Of a stretch of 64,000 nucleotides of DNA, positions 37,979 through 47,696 are shown one piece after another. The translations under genes and the position numbers were made by a program. Numbering within the stretch: position 1 is the stretch's first letter; each line of letters begins with the position of its first letter. The notes below the pieces were generated by a model that did no database searches, was not told where the DNA came from, and saw nothing but the letters and a program-made list of their open reading frames with translations. This stretch comes from an uncultured SAR86 cluster bacterium (GTDB lineage Bacteria; Pseudomonadota; Gammaproteobacteria; Magnimaribacterales; AG-339-G14): positions 2,869-66,868 of the forward strand of contig CACBOY010000006.1 of assembly GCA_902540995.1 (NCBI GenBank), in the 5' to 3' direction.

Positions 37979-39120
37979 TTAATATTCTCGGCTGCAAAAT
38001 TCAATGCAATTTCTTTTGCCTTTTCGTTAAATTCTAGAATTGACTCTAATGATACAGAAGTTAGATGCATATTACTCTTATATGCATAATTAAGAGTAGT
38101 TGAAATTAGCTTATATATGTTTAAAAAGCTTATTTTGTTTTTCATAAATAATTCCACTGCTACCTCATTTGCTGCATTTAAAATAATTGGCATCCCTTTT
38201 TCATGATTTAAGGCAAAGTATGCAAAATCTATAGAAGGAAACTTAAGAGGATCTATTGTTTTGAAACTAAGATTTTTTAATTGTTGCAAATTAATTTTAT
38301 TTGTATGACTTTCGACTATATCGGGATAACTTAAACCGTAAGAAATTGGAATTTTCATATCTGGTATAGCCATGGCTGCTAGAATTGTTCCATCACAAAA
38401 CTCAACAAAGGAGTGAATAAGTCCTTCAGGATGAATAATAGCCTCAATCTTGTCAGGGTCTTCATTAAATAAATATTTTGCTTCTATTATTTCTAGCGCC
38501 TTATTCATTAGAGTTGAAGAATCAATGGTGATTTTTTGTCCCATCTGCCAAATTGGATGTTTCAAAGCTTGCTTTAATGAAATGTTTTTAAATTTTGACT
38601 TAGATAATTTGTAGAAAGGACCACCAGAACAAGTAAGTGTAATTTTTGATATAGAATTTTCTTTTTTACCTTGAATACTTTGATGAACTGAGCAATGTTC
38701 AGAATCAATTGGAATGATTTGAGCTCCATGTTCTTTTGCTTTATTGACTAAAAGTTCACCAGCCATTACCAATGGTTCTTTATTAGCTATTAATACTTTC
38801 TTTCCCGATAAGATGGAATGATGAATTAGATCTAAACCATCCGAGCCTGATATCGCTGCTATTACTGTATCAACATCATTACTCGAAATTAATTTTAGAA
38901 GTTCATTTCTATTAATGAATCTTTTAGAAGCAATTTTGTTTCCAAATTTTTCTATGTATATTTTTGCTTTCTTATGTCTTTTTGATTGCGCCTTTATCGA
39001 ATCTAAATTGGAAAAAGCAACTAAGCAGGCAACTTCATATTTTTCTTTATTTTTTTCAATAACTTCTAGAGAGGACTTTCCAACCGATCCTGTGGATCCA
39101 AGTAATACTACTTTTTGCAT
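37975..39120 (-). CDS. dxr: 1-deoxy-D-xylulose-5-phosphate reductoisomerase
   Basis: 381 aa with LLGSTGSVGKSSL, LANKE and IDSEHC. Confidence 0.95.
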   Translation of the reverse strand: MQKVVLLGSTGSVGKSSLEVIEKNKEKYEVACLVAFSNLDSIKAQSKRHKKAKIYIEKFGNKIASKRFINRNELLKLISSNDVDTVIAAISGSDGLDLIHHSILSGKKVLIANKEPLVMAGELLVNKAKEHGAQIIPIDSEHCSVHQSIQGKKENSISKITLTCSGGPFYKLSKSKFKNISLKQALKHPIWQMGQKITIDSSTLMNKALEIIEAKYLFNEDPDKIEAIIHPEGLIHSFVEFCDGTILAAMAIPDMKIPISYGLSYPDIVESHTNKINLQQLKNLSFKTIDPLKFPSIDFAYFALNHEKGMPIILNAANEVAVELFMKNKISFLNIYKLISTTLNYAYKSNMHLTSVSLESILEFNEKAKEIALNFAAENIK

Positions 39121-39797
39121 TAAATAAAACTATAAAAGATAAAAAAAACAGGTATGCACATGATGTGACTGTCTATTCTGTCAAGAATACCGCCATGTCC
39201 AGGTAATAAATTTCCAAAATCTTTAATGACCATTAATCTTTTTGATTTACTTGCTAATAGATCTCCAGAAATACTTGCTAAAGAAGAAATCAGTATTATA
39301 AAAAAAGTTATCAGATAACCAAATGAATCTATAAATTGGGATATCACTAGAAATTCTGAGAAAACCTCTGATCCTGATATTTCTAGCTCGATGAACAAAT
39401 ATCCTAAGAAAAGAAATAAAAAACTTGGAATCACCAATCCTAAGAAAGTTCCCTCTAAGGTTTTATTTGGACTAATTGAAGGATAGATAAACCTTTTGCC
39501 TAAAAGTTTTCCAAATACCAAAGCAAAAATATCCGTAAATACGGAAATTAATAATGCGGTAAAAAAAAAGCTTCTACCAGATGAGTTCGTTATAGGAAAG
39601 ATTAAACACAGATTTATAAGAACTAAAATAAAAATCAACCAGACATAGAAATTTTTTTTTCCTTTTATTTTAAACAATTCAAATAAGGAATATCCTAATA
39701 TGCCAACCAAGATTATTTGAAAGAGAGAATCGCTGGAGAAAAAAACAAAAAAAAGCGCAAATAGGCCTAAAATCAGTCCTGTTATAATTCTTTTCAT
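39120..39797 (-). CDS. cdsA: Phosphatidate cytidylyltransferase (short)
   Basis: 225 aa, polytopic, with C-terminal signature SKSKRLMVIKDFGNLLPGHGGILDRIDS. Its TAA stop shares one base with the dxr ATG. Confidence 0.88.
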   Translation of the reverse strand: MKRIITGLILGLFALFFVFFSSDSLFQIILVGILGYSLFELFKIKGKKNFYVWLIFILVLINLCLIFPITNSSGRSFFFTALLISVFTDIFALVFGKLLGKRFIYPSISPNKTLEGTFLGLVIPSFLFLFLGYLFIELEISGSEVFSEFLVISQFIDSFGYLITFFIILISSLASISGDLLASKSKRLMVIKDFGNLLPGHGGILDRIDSHIMCIPVFFIFYSFI

Positions 39798-39799
39798 AT

Positions 39800-40492
39800 T
39801 TATCCTGTTTCAACTCCAAATTTTCTTTTTCTGGATCGAAAGTCCTCGAGTGCAATATCAAAATCCTTTACATTGAAATCAGGCCAGAGCTTGTCTGAAA
39901 AAAATAGCTCAGAATAGGATGATTGCCAAAGGTAGAAATTACTTAGTCTTTTTTCCCCTCCTGACCTTATTATTAAATCTGGATTAGGAAAGCTTTTTGT
40001 TTCTAAATAATTTTCAAGAGAATTTTCATTTAATTCTTTATTGTTTTTGTCTGCATGAAATTTTTTGATCGCATTTATTATGTCCCATTTTCCTCCGTAG
40101 CTAGCAGCAATTATTAAATTAAGCTTCGGATCATATTCTTCAGTAAGTTTTTTTGATTTTTCAATTTGTTTTATCAATTTTTTATTAAACCTTGAAATAT
40201 CTCCAATAAAATTTAGCTTAACTTTTTCCTCCCTGAGTTCAGGAGTCTGTTCTTCTAATGCATCGAAGAATAAACTAATTAAATCTCTTACTTCTCCTTC
40301 CTCTCTCAGCCAATTTTCTGTGCTGAAAGCAAACAAAGTAAGATAATCAATTTTTTTTTCTAAGGCATACTCAACTGCTAATCTAGCTTTTTTTACGCCT
40401 TCTTTATGCCCAGCTTTTGAAGGAAGGTTTCTGTTTGACGCCCACCTACTATTTCCATCCATAATTACTGCAAGATGGTTGAGATTTTTCAT
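39800..40492 (-). CDS. uppS: Undecaprenyl-diphosphate synthase
   Basis: 230 aa with HLAVIMDGNSRWA, FAFSTENW and IRSGGEKRLSNFYLWQ. Confidence 0.95.
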   Translation of the reverse strand: MKNLNHLAVIMDGNSRWASNRNLPSKAGHKEGVKKARLAVEYALEKKIDYLTLFAFSTENWLREEGEVRDLISLFFDALEEQTPELREEKVKLNFIGDISRFNKKLIKQIEKSKKLTEEYDPKLNLIIAASYGGKWDIINAIKKFHADKNNKELNENSLENYLETKSFPNPDLIIRSGGEKRLSNFYLWQSSYSELFFSDKLWPDFNVKDFDIALEDFRSRKRKFGVETG

Positions 40493-40494
40493 TT

Positions 40495-41052
40495 TTAAAT
40501 TTCTAAAAGATCTTTTTCTTTTTTCTCCAAAAGCAAGTCTATCTTGGTTACATAGTTGTCAGTGAGGTTTTGTATAATTTCTTCGCCACGTCTTAAATCA
40601 TCTTGTGAGATTTCCTTTTCATTGTGGAATTCTTTTAACATAGCATTTGCATCTCTTCTTTGATTTCTTATTGCAACTTTCGAGTTTTCTGCTTCAGATT
40701 TAGCGACCTTAATTAAATCTTTTCTGGTCTCTTCAGTTAGCTCAGGAACAATAACTCTAATGACGTCTCCAGAAGTAGCAGGTTGAAGTCCAATATCTGA
40801 GGACTGGATAGCTTTTTCAATGTTTTGTACCTGATCTTTTTCCCATGGAACTATTGATAAAGTTCTAGCGTCTTCGACTGAAATATTACTCATCTGGCTT
40901 ATTGGAGTGCTTGATCCATAGTAATCTACTTCAACTGACTCCAGAAGCGATGGATTAGCTCTTCCTGTTCTTATTCTTTGGAGTTTTTTTTCTAAAGATA
41001 AAATGGTTTTATCCATTTGCCCTTCAGTTTCAGATTTAGTTTCATCAATCAT
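40495..41052 (-). CDS. frr: Ribosome recycling factor
   Basis: 185 aa with IRTGRANPSLLESVEVDYYG and a VAIRNQRRDAN-type motif. Confidence 0.95.
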   Translation of the reverse strand: MIDETKSETEGQMDKTILSLEKKLQRIRTGRANPSLLESVEVDYYGSSTPISQMSNISVEDARTLSIVPWEKDQVQNIEKAIQSSDIGLQPATSGDVIRVIVPELTEETRKDLIKVAKSEAENSKVAIRNQRRDANAMLKEFHNEKEISQDDLRRGEEIIQNLTDNYVTKIDLLLEKKEKDLLEI

Positions 41053-41076
41053 TACAATTATCTACAAAAAAGATTA

Positions 41077-41931
41077 TTAGCCCTCAAGTTGAGACTGAAC
41101 CTCTTCTGCGAAATCCTTCTTTTCAACTTCTATACCCTCGCCAACTTCAATTCTTATGAAGGAAGAAACTTTTGTATTTGACTCAGAAAGAAATGCTTCC
41201 ACACTCTTAGAAGGGTCTTTGACAAAAGGTTGCTTTAGTAAACTAACATCAGCAAGTTGTTTATTTAATTTACCCTGAATCATTTTTTCTTTTATTTCTT
41301 CTGGCTTGTCTTCCTTTTCAACTTGCGACCTAAAAATTTCTCGTTCCGAATTTATATAAGATTCATCTAAATCTTCTGGAGACAAAACAATTGGGTTGCT
41401 TGCAGCAATATGCATGGCAACTTCTTTTGCAATCTCTGGACTTCCTTGATCTAAAGAAACTCCAGCTGCTATTTTTTTATTTGAATGGATATATGATTCT
41501 AGAACTTCTCCAGTGATTTTTTTTACTTTTCTGATAATTATATTTTCACCAATTTTTTGAACCAAAGACATTCTTTGCTTTTCCATACTTTCAGAAACTT
41601 TATCTAACAAATTTTCATCAGAAGAAGTTTCAACGGCGACTTTCAGAGCTTCTTCACAAAAATTTATAAAATTTTCATCTTTAGCAACAAAGTCAGTTTC
41701 ACAATTAACTTCTACGAAAGTAATTTCTTTGTCGGATATTTTAGATGTTATTATCCCTTCAACAGCAGTTCTTGAAGCTTTTTTTTCAGCTTTCAAAGCG
41801 CTACTCTTTCTTAAATTTTTTATTGCCTCCTCTAAATTTCCATTTGCTTCTTCAAGAGCTTTTTTACATTCCATCATACCCAGGCCTGTTTTCTCCCTCA
41901 GCTCTTTCACATCTTGTGCTTTTATTGTCAT
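41077..41931 (-). CDS. tsf: Elongation factor Ts
   Basis: 284 aa with VKELREKTGLGMMECKKALEEANG. Confidence 0.96.
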   Translation of the reverse strand: MTIKAQDVKELREKTGLGMMECKKALEEANGNLEEAIKNLRKSSALKAEKKASRTAVEGIITSKISDKEITFVEVNCETDFVAKDENFINFCEEALKVAVETSSDENLLDKVSESMEKQRMSLVQKIGENIIIRKVKKITGEVLESYIHSNKKIAAGVSLDQGSPEIAKEVAMHIAASNPIVLSPEDLDESYINSEREIFRSQVEKEDKPEEIKEKMIQGKLNKQLADVSLLKQPFVKDPSKSVEAFLSESNTKVSSFIRIEVGEGIEVEKKDFAEEVQSQLEG

Positions 41932-42732
41932 TTATTCTTCCTTAGATTTATTAGTTTCTTCTTGATTGCCGCTTTCGGTTTGCATTTCCTGTTCTTCTTG
42001 AGAAGCTTTTTTGACAACTACAGGGCCATCTTTTGAGGTTCTTGTTGCTCCTGACATCTCAGCTCCTTCAAGGCATGCGTTTGAAATTATTCTTGAAATC
42101 AAAGAAATAGATCTAATGGCATCGTCATTACCTGGAATAATAAAATCCACATCATCTGGGTTTGAATTAGTATCAACTATCCCAATTATAGGAATACCCA
42201 TTTTCTTTGCTTCAGCTATTGCTATCTTTTCATTTTCTACATCAACAACAAAAAGGGCTTCAGGAAGGCCTCCAATATTTTTTATTCCGCCGATTGAACG
42301 ATCTAGCTTTTCCATTTCTCTTCTGATGCCTAAAACTTCTTTCTTGGTTAAATCAGCAAACTTTCCTTCTTCTTCTTGAGTATTTAAAATTTCAAGCCTT
42401 CTGATTGAGGATCTTACAGTTTTATAGTTTGTGAGCATTCCACCAAGCCATCTGTAATTAATAAAGGGCATATTGCATCTTTCAGCTTCCTCTTTTATCA
42501 CTCTTCTGGCAGCTCTTTTGGTTCCAACGAATAGAATTCTATTATTTGAGGCTGAGAGCTTTTTACAAAACTCAACAGCAGGACTTAGGCACTCTAAAGT
42601 TTTTTCTAGATTGATAATGTGAACTTTATTTCTGTCTCCAAAGATGAACTTTTCCATTTTAGGATTCCAAAATCTAGTTTGATGGCCGAAATGAACACCG
42701 GCTTTTAACATTTGTTCTATGGAAATATCCAT
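41932..42732 (-). CDS. rpsB: 30S ribosomal protein S2
   Basis: 266 aa with [25 protein letters not shown] Shine-Dalgarno sequence upstream. Acidic C-terminal tail. Confidence 0.97.
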   Translation of the reverse strand: MDISIEQMLKAGVHFGHQTRFWNPKMEKFIFGDRNKVHIINLEKTLECLSPAVEFCKKLSASNNRILFVGTKRAARRVIKEEAERCNMPFINYRWLGGMLTNYKTVRSSIRRLEILNTQEEEGKFADLTKKEVLGIRREMEKLDRSIGGIKNIGGLPEALFVVDVENEKIAIAEAKKMGIPIIGIVDTNSNPDDVDFIIPGNDDAIRSISLISRIISNACLEGAEMSGATRTSKDGPVVVKKASQEEQEMQTESGNQEETNKSKEE

Positions 42733-42907
42733 AAATTGCTCCTTTTTTTATAGCCTTTTGGCTGGGTTATTCCTCCTCGAGGCTAAGTATTAAACTGGCA
42801 TTGAGCAATGACAGCACCCTAATACTCTATCCATACGAGTGTGTAATTTTTTCTCTATTTCACAGAGAAAGCGAATTAGAACATATTCCAAAATAAGAAT
42901 AAAGAAA
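42733..42907 (-). promoter_or_regulatory. Long structured rpsB 5' region (promoter plus possible S2 autoregulatory leader)
   Basis: Largest non-coding gap in the window (175 nt). Inverted repeats seen: AGTATTA/TAATACT (42786-42792 / 42820-42826), AGCC-tttt-GGCT (42752-42763), TTCTCT/AGAGAA (42851-42869) and palindrome CCTCGAGG (42775-42782). S2 autoregulation through the rpsB leader is known in E. coli. Confidence 0.3.
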
Positions 42908-43669
42908 TTAATTATCTTCCTTTAAGAGATCCTCCACGCTATAAAAACCTGGTTTTTTTTGGCGCAAAATATGACTGAGCCTAGCGCCTTCTCCAAAAAT
43001 ATCTCTACTAAGGGCGTTGTGAGTAACAAGAATTTCTTCATTATCAAATCCAAATATGACTTCATGCCTACCTACAGAAGATTTATCTCGGAGAGATTCA
43101 ATATTTATATTCACATCTTTATCAAGATGAAATTCTATGAATTTCTTTATATCTAGAGCTGTACCAGAAGGAGCATCTTTCTTTTTTTTGTGGTGAGTTT
43201 CTATAATCTTTATAGAAACTTTAGTTTGGGAATTATTAATAAGGTTTTTATTAACATCTTCAATAATTGTTTTAAGAATCTTCAACTTGAAAAAAGCTAT
43301 TCCTCTACTTAAGTTTGGGGCATGAAGTATAGCTACATCTTCAGACAAACTTTTTAAGTTTTCTATTTGTTCAGAGCTATGTCCTGTAGAAGCTAGCACC
43401 AAAGGAGTTTTGTTAGAAAGACAAAATTCATGAACATTTGAAAGATTTTCTGGATATGAAGCATCAATTACTACAGGGTTCTTTAATTTATCTTTTGGTA
43501 TTTCTAAAAGAGATCCTAATAATGGATAAGACAAGTTATCTATTTTTTTTCCTTGAAGAGGATTTTCTGAGGAACAAATGCCATAAGATATTGAGTTGGT
43601 TTTCAAAATAGATGAACCTAATCTTCCAGTTGCGCCAACAAGAATCAAATCGTTTTGTAAGTTGGTCAT
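42908..43669 (-). CDS. dapB: 4-hydroxy-tetrahydrodipicolinate reductase
   Basis: 253 aa with LVGATGRLG (NAD(P)-binding) and [15 protein letters not shown]. Downstream of dnaJ as in Pseudomonas. Confidence 0.9.
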   Translation of the reverse strand: MTNLQNDLILVGATGRLGSSILKTNSISYGICSSENPLQGKKIDNLSYPLLGSLLEIPKDKLKNPVVIDASYPENLSNVHEFCLSNKTPLVLASTGHSSEQIENLKSLSEDVAILHAPNLSRGIAFFKLKILKTIIEDVNKNLINNSQTKVSIKIIETHHKKKKDAPSGTALDIKKFIEFHLDKDVNINIESLRDKSSVGRHEVIFGFDNEEILVTHNALSRDIFGEGARLSHILRQKKPGFYSVEDLLKEDN

Positions 43670-44742
43670 AAATTTTTAAAAAATGCTTTAGCCGAATTTA
43701 GCCAGGTACTCATTAACGGAGAGTTATGTTCATGAGACATGTTTTCTTTAAATTTATTCAAAAGATTTTTTTGTTCTGTATTCAAGTTTACTGGAACTTC
43801 AACTATTACCCTAACTAGAATATCTCCAACAGATCCACCTCTCAGAGGTTTTATGCCTTTACCATTCAACCTAAAAATTTTGTGGCTCTGAGTTCCTGAT
43901 GGTATTTTTATCTTAGCCTTGCCTACAAGAGTAGGAACTTCTATTGAACCACCGAGTGCTGCGTCTACAAAGTCTAAAGGAACTTCACAATAGAGATGTC
44001 TTCCATCTCTCTCAAAAATAGAATGCTCTTTAACGTTTATGGAAATATAAAGATCGCCTCGATTACCTCCCCGGCCTAACTCTCCTTCTCCGGAAAGCCT
44101 AATTCTATCTCCATCATCTACTCCCGCCGGAATCTTAACTGATAGTTTTTTATTATTACTTGTAAAGCCAGATCCGTTACATTTAGAACAATTTTTATCA
44201 TGAATTTCCCCTTCCCCTCTACAATGAGGACAAGTTTGCTGCATGGAGAAAAAACCTTGTTGCTGTTTTATTACGCCAGCTCCTCCACAATAGGGACATC
44301 GATTCCAGAGTCCACCACATCTCTCCTTTGAGGGAATTTCTATATTTAGTGATTTGCCAAAAACTGCTTCCTCAAGGGAAACTTCAAGGTTATAACTTAA
44401 GTCAGCGCCCCTAGATGAGGTCCTTCCTCCTGAGGATCCTCCAAAAATATCCGAGAATATGTCACCAAAAATATCGCTAAAAGCATCTGCAGCTCCTTGA
44501 GAACTTGAAAAGGATGAATTTACTCCTTCGTGACCAAAATTGTCGTAAGTTTGTCTTTTTTGGTCATCAGATAAGATTTCATAAGCTTCGGAGAGTTCTT
44601 TAAATTTCTCAGCAGCCTGTGAATCATCTGGATTTCTATCCGGATGATATTTCATCGCTAATTTTCTATAAGCCTTTTTTAATTCATCCTTGCTGGCAGA
44701 TTTGCTAACTCCAAGAACATCATAATAATCTTTCTTGCTCAT
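43666..44742 (-). CDS. dnaJ: Chaperone DnaJ (only three intact CxxCxGxG motifs)
   Basis: 358 aa with J domain (YYDVLGV...HPDRNP), G/F region, then [16 protein letters not shown] and CSKCNGSG. The expected first motif is replaced by ERCGGLWNR. Confidence 0.95.
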   Translation of the reverse strand: MSKKDYYDVLGVSKSASKDELKKAYRKLAMKYHPDRNPDDSQAAEKFKELSEAYEILSDDQKRQTYDNFGHEGVNSSFSSSQGAADAFSDIFGDIFSDIFGGSSGGRTSSRGADLSYNLEVSLEEAVFGKSLNIEIPSKERCGGLWNRCPYCGGAGVIKQQQGFFSMQQTCPHCRGEGEIHDKNCSKCNGSGFTSNNKKLSVKIPAGVDDGDRIRLSGEGELGRGGNRGDLYISINVKEHSIFERDGRHLYCEVPLDFVDAALGGSIEVPTLVGKAKIKIPSGTQSHKIFRLNGKGIKPLRGGSVGDILVRVIVEVPVNLNTEQKNLLNKFKENMSHEHNSPLMSTWLNSAKAFFKNL

Positions 44743-44759
44743 GATGTTTTAGGGAGGAA

Positions 44760-46679
44760 CTAACTTTTCTCTTCTTTTACTTCTTCAAAGTCAGCATCTA
44801 CGACCTCATCACTGGAAGTCGCATTCTCAGATTCAGAATTATTTTGATTTTCTTGTTGGGCTTGCTGTTGCTCAGCGTAAAGTCTTTGTGCTAACGAGGA
44901 AGAGGCATCAGCAAGAGCTTTTGTTTTTTCTTCAATATCACTCTTATCTTCGCCTTTCAAAGCCTCTTCAAGAACGGATATGGCACTCTCTATACTTTCT
45001 TTTTCACTAGCCTCAACTTTATCTGCTGACTCATCTAGGGTTTTTTTACAACCATGTATTAAAGTATCTGCAGCATTTTTAGCTTGGACAAGTTCTTCAA
45101 ATTTCTTATCGTCTTCAGCATTTGCTTCCGCATCCTGAACCATTTTTTCAATTTCCTCATCTGACAAACCACTTGAAGCTTGAATGGTTATGGATTGTTC
45201 TTTATTGGTAGCCTTGTCTTTCGCTGATACATTAAGTATTCCATTTGCATCTATGTCGAAGGAGACTTCAATTTGTGGCATTCCTCTTGGTGCCGCAGGT
45301 ATCCCATCAAGATTAAATAAACCTAGTTGCTTATTATCTTTGGCTTGTTTTCTTTCTCCTTGAACAACATTCACAGTAACTGCTGTCTGATTATCTTCGG
45401 CAGTTGAGAAAATTTGGGATTTGTTTGTAGGAATAGTTGTATTTTTTTCAATTAAAGGAGTCATTACTCCTCCCATTGTTTCAATTCCAAGAGTTAAAGG
45501 AGTTACGTCTAGCAGAAGAATGTCAGTTACATCACCCGCAAGAACTGCTCCTTGAATTGCTGCTCCGGCAGCGACAGCCTCATCAGGATTGATATCTTTT
45601 CTGGGATCTTTTCCAAAAAATTCTTTAACTTTTTCTTGAACAAGAGGCATTCTAGTTTGACCCCCTACCAAAATAACATCACTAATTTCTGATGTTGAGA
45701 GCTTGGCATCATTAAGCGCAGTCTTAACTGGCTCTAAAGTTTTTGAGACCAGATCAGCAACCAAAGACTCTAATTTTGCTCTAGTAAGTTTTAAAAGTAA
45801 GTGTTTTGGTCCAGATGAATCTGCAGTGATATAAGGGAGATTAATCTCGGTCTGTTGATTAGAAGAAAGCTCTATTTTTGCTTTTTCAGCTGCTTCTTTT
45901 AGTCTTTGTATAGCTGAGGAGTCTTGAGTTAAGTCAAAATTCTGTTCTTTTTTAAATTCCGAAACCAGATGATCTATCAAAACGTTATCGAAATCTTCTC
46001 CTCCTAAAGAGGTATCTCCATTTGTGGATAGAACTTCGAACTGTTTTTCTCCATCAATTTCCGCTAATTCAATGATAGAAATATCAAAAGTTCCTCCGCC
46101 TAAGTCATAGACTGCAACTTTTTGGTCTCCGGTTTTTTTATCCATGCCAAATGCTAAAGCTGCTGCGGTAGGTTCATTTATTATTCTTTTAACTTCAAGG
46201 CCGGCAATTTTTCCTGCATCTTTTGTAGCTTGCCTTTGAGAATCATTAAAATATGCTGGAACTGTTATGACAGCCTCCTTGATCTCGTGGCCCAAATAAT
46301 CTTCTGCAGATTTCTTCATTTTTGTGAGGACTTGAGCTGAAATTTGCTGAGGTGCTAGTTTTTCTCCTTTAACTTCAACCCATGCATCACCATTTTCTGC
46401 CTTAATTATTTTGAAGGGGGTAGACTCTGCCTCTTTTTTTATTTCTCCATCAAACTTTCTTCCGATTAATCTTTTGATTGCATAAAGAGTATTTTCTGGA
46501 TTAGTTACTGCTTGACGCTTAGCACTTTGTCCGACAATGGTTTCGTTTTCGGTATAAGCCACTACAGAGGGTGTAGTCCTGTCCCCTTCAGAATTTTCAA
46601 TTATTTTAGGCTTTCCACTTTCTAAAATAGCTACACAAGAGTTTGTTGTACCTAAGTCTATTCCTATAATTTTTGACAT
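44760..46679 (-). CDS. dnaK: Chaperone DnaK (Hsp70)
   Basis: 639 aa with [21 protein letters not shown] and [16 protein letters not shown] Shine-Dalgarno sequence. Confidence 0.98.
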   Translation of the reverse strand: MSKIIGIDLGTTNSCVAILESGKPKIIENSEGDRTTPSVVAYTENETIVGQSAKRQAVTNPENTLYAIKRLIGRKFDGEIKKEAESTPFKIIKAENGDAWVEVKGEKLAPQQISAQVLTKMKKSAEDYLGHEIKEAVITVPAYFNDSQRQATKDAGKIAGLEVKRIINEPTAAALAFGMDKKTGDQKVAVYDLGGGTFDISIIELAEIDGEKQFEVLSTNGDTSLGGEDFDNVLIDHLVSEFKKEQNFDLTQDSSAIQRLKEAAEKAKIELSSNQQTEINLPYITADSSGPKHLLLKLTRAKLESLVADLVSKTLEPVKTALNDAKLSTSEISDVILVGGQTRMPLVQEKVKEFFGKDPRKDINPDEAVAAGAAIQGAVLAGDVTDILLLDVTPLTLGIETMGGVMTPLIEKNTTIPTNKSQIFSTAEDNQTAVTVNVVQGERKQAKDNKQLGLFNLDGIPAAPRGMPQIEVSFDIDANGILNVSAKDKATNKEQSITIQASSGLSDEEIEKMVQDAEANAEDDKKFEELVQAKNAADTLIHGCKKTLDESADKVEASEKESIESAISVLEEALKGEDKSDIEEKTKALADASSSLAQRLYAEQQQAQQENQNNSESENATSSDEVVDADFEEVKEEKS

Positions 46680-46709
46680 TTTTCACTCCTTCGCACTTTC
46701 TATCCCTTT

Positions 46710-46738
46710 TAATGGGGATAAAGAGTAAAAAAACAAGG
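46710..46738 (-). promoter_or_regulatory. sigma32-type heat-shock promoter upstream of dnaK
   Basis: Minus strand reads CCTTGTTT...-CCCCATTA. There are 20 nt from the C of CTTG to the first C of CCCCAT, the spacing I recall for E. coli dnaK P1. The -10 lies about 38 nt before the dnaK ATG. Confidence 0.5.
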
Positions 46739-46744
46739 AAAAAA

Positions 46745-47296
46745 CTAAATTTTATTAACTATTACTAGTGCCGGTCGGATGACCCTTTCTTGAATTTTAT
46801 AACCTTTTTGAACTACTTCTAAGATTTCCTCAGGTTGCTTGGACTTATCTTCTTTTATTGACAAAGCCTCATGAAAATTAGGATCAAATTTATCCCCCAA
46901 AGGATCAATTTCTTCAACATTATTATTTGAAAGGGCTTGTAAAATTTCTTTTAAAACAAGTTCTGTCAGACTTCTTGGAATTTCCTCTTCGGAATGCTGT
47001 AAAGCCCTAGTCAAATTATCAATTGGTGAAAGAAGGTCTTTCGCAATTAGTTCTGCTGAAAACACTCTTGCTTTAAGAATTTCTTTTTGAGAAGTTCTTC
47101 TAACATTTTCAACTTCTGCATGTGCTCTTAAAACCTTCTCCTCAAGAGCCGTTATCATTTCTGAAGAAATTTTACTTTCAACTTCATTTTCAGATGATTT
47201 TTCCTCCGAAAGCTGTTCTTCTTTTTCAAAAGACTTTTCTTGAGAATTCTTATCGGCTAACTTTGTATTTGTATTCTTTTTTTTATTTTTCGCCAT
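46745..47296 (-). CDS. grpE: Nucleotide exchange factor GrpE
   Basis: 183 aa with an acidic N-terminal region, LRAHAEVENVRRT and a C-terminal beta domain (GYKIQERVIRPALV). Confidence 0.93.
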   Translation of the reverse strand: MAKNKKKNTNTKLADKNSQEKSFEKEEQLSEEKSSENEVESKISSEMITALEEKVLRAHAEVENVRRTSQKEILKARVFSAELIAKDLLSPIDNLTRALQHSEEEIPRSLTELVLKEILQALSNNNVEEIDPLGDKFDPNFHEALSIKEDKSKQPEEILEVVQKGYKIQERVIRPALVIVNKI

Positions 47297-47696
47297 CTAT
47301 TGGTTTCACATAAAGGACTAGCTTATGGTCGACAATTTCATATCCATGTTCTTTTGCTATTTTTTCCTGTTCATCTTCAATCAAGTCATTTTTAAATTCA
47401 ATTACTGCTCCCGAATCAATACACACCATATGATCATGGTGATCTTCTGAAACAAGCTCATAAACAGAGTAATTATCTTCAAAATTTTGCTTCATGAGAA
47501 TTCCTGCAGATTCAAATTGAGTCAGTACCCTGTATACGGTTGCTAGTCCTACTTCGTCACCTGCTTCCCTAATTTTATTGTAAATGTCTTCAGCACTAAG
47601 ATGTCTTTCTGAGGACTGTTCAAAAATTTCCAATATCCTGACTCTTGGTAAGGTAACTTTCAGACCGGCCTTTCTTAAATTTTTATCTTCGCTCAT
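47283..47696 (-). CDS. fur: Ferric uptake regulator
   Basis: 137 aa with LKVTLPRVRILE, HLSAEDIY, ATVYRVLTQFE and HHDHMVC. Divergent from bamE (omlA) as in Pseudomonas. The stop overlaps the grpE start by 14 nt. Confidence 0.92.
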   Translation of the reverse strand: MSEDKNLRKAGLKVTLPRVRILEIFEQSSERHLSAEDIYNKIREAGDEVGLATVYRVLTQFESAGILMKQNFEDNYSVYELVSEDHHDHMVCIDSGAVIEFKNDLIEDEQEKIAKEHGYEIVDHKLVLYVKPIDGEK

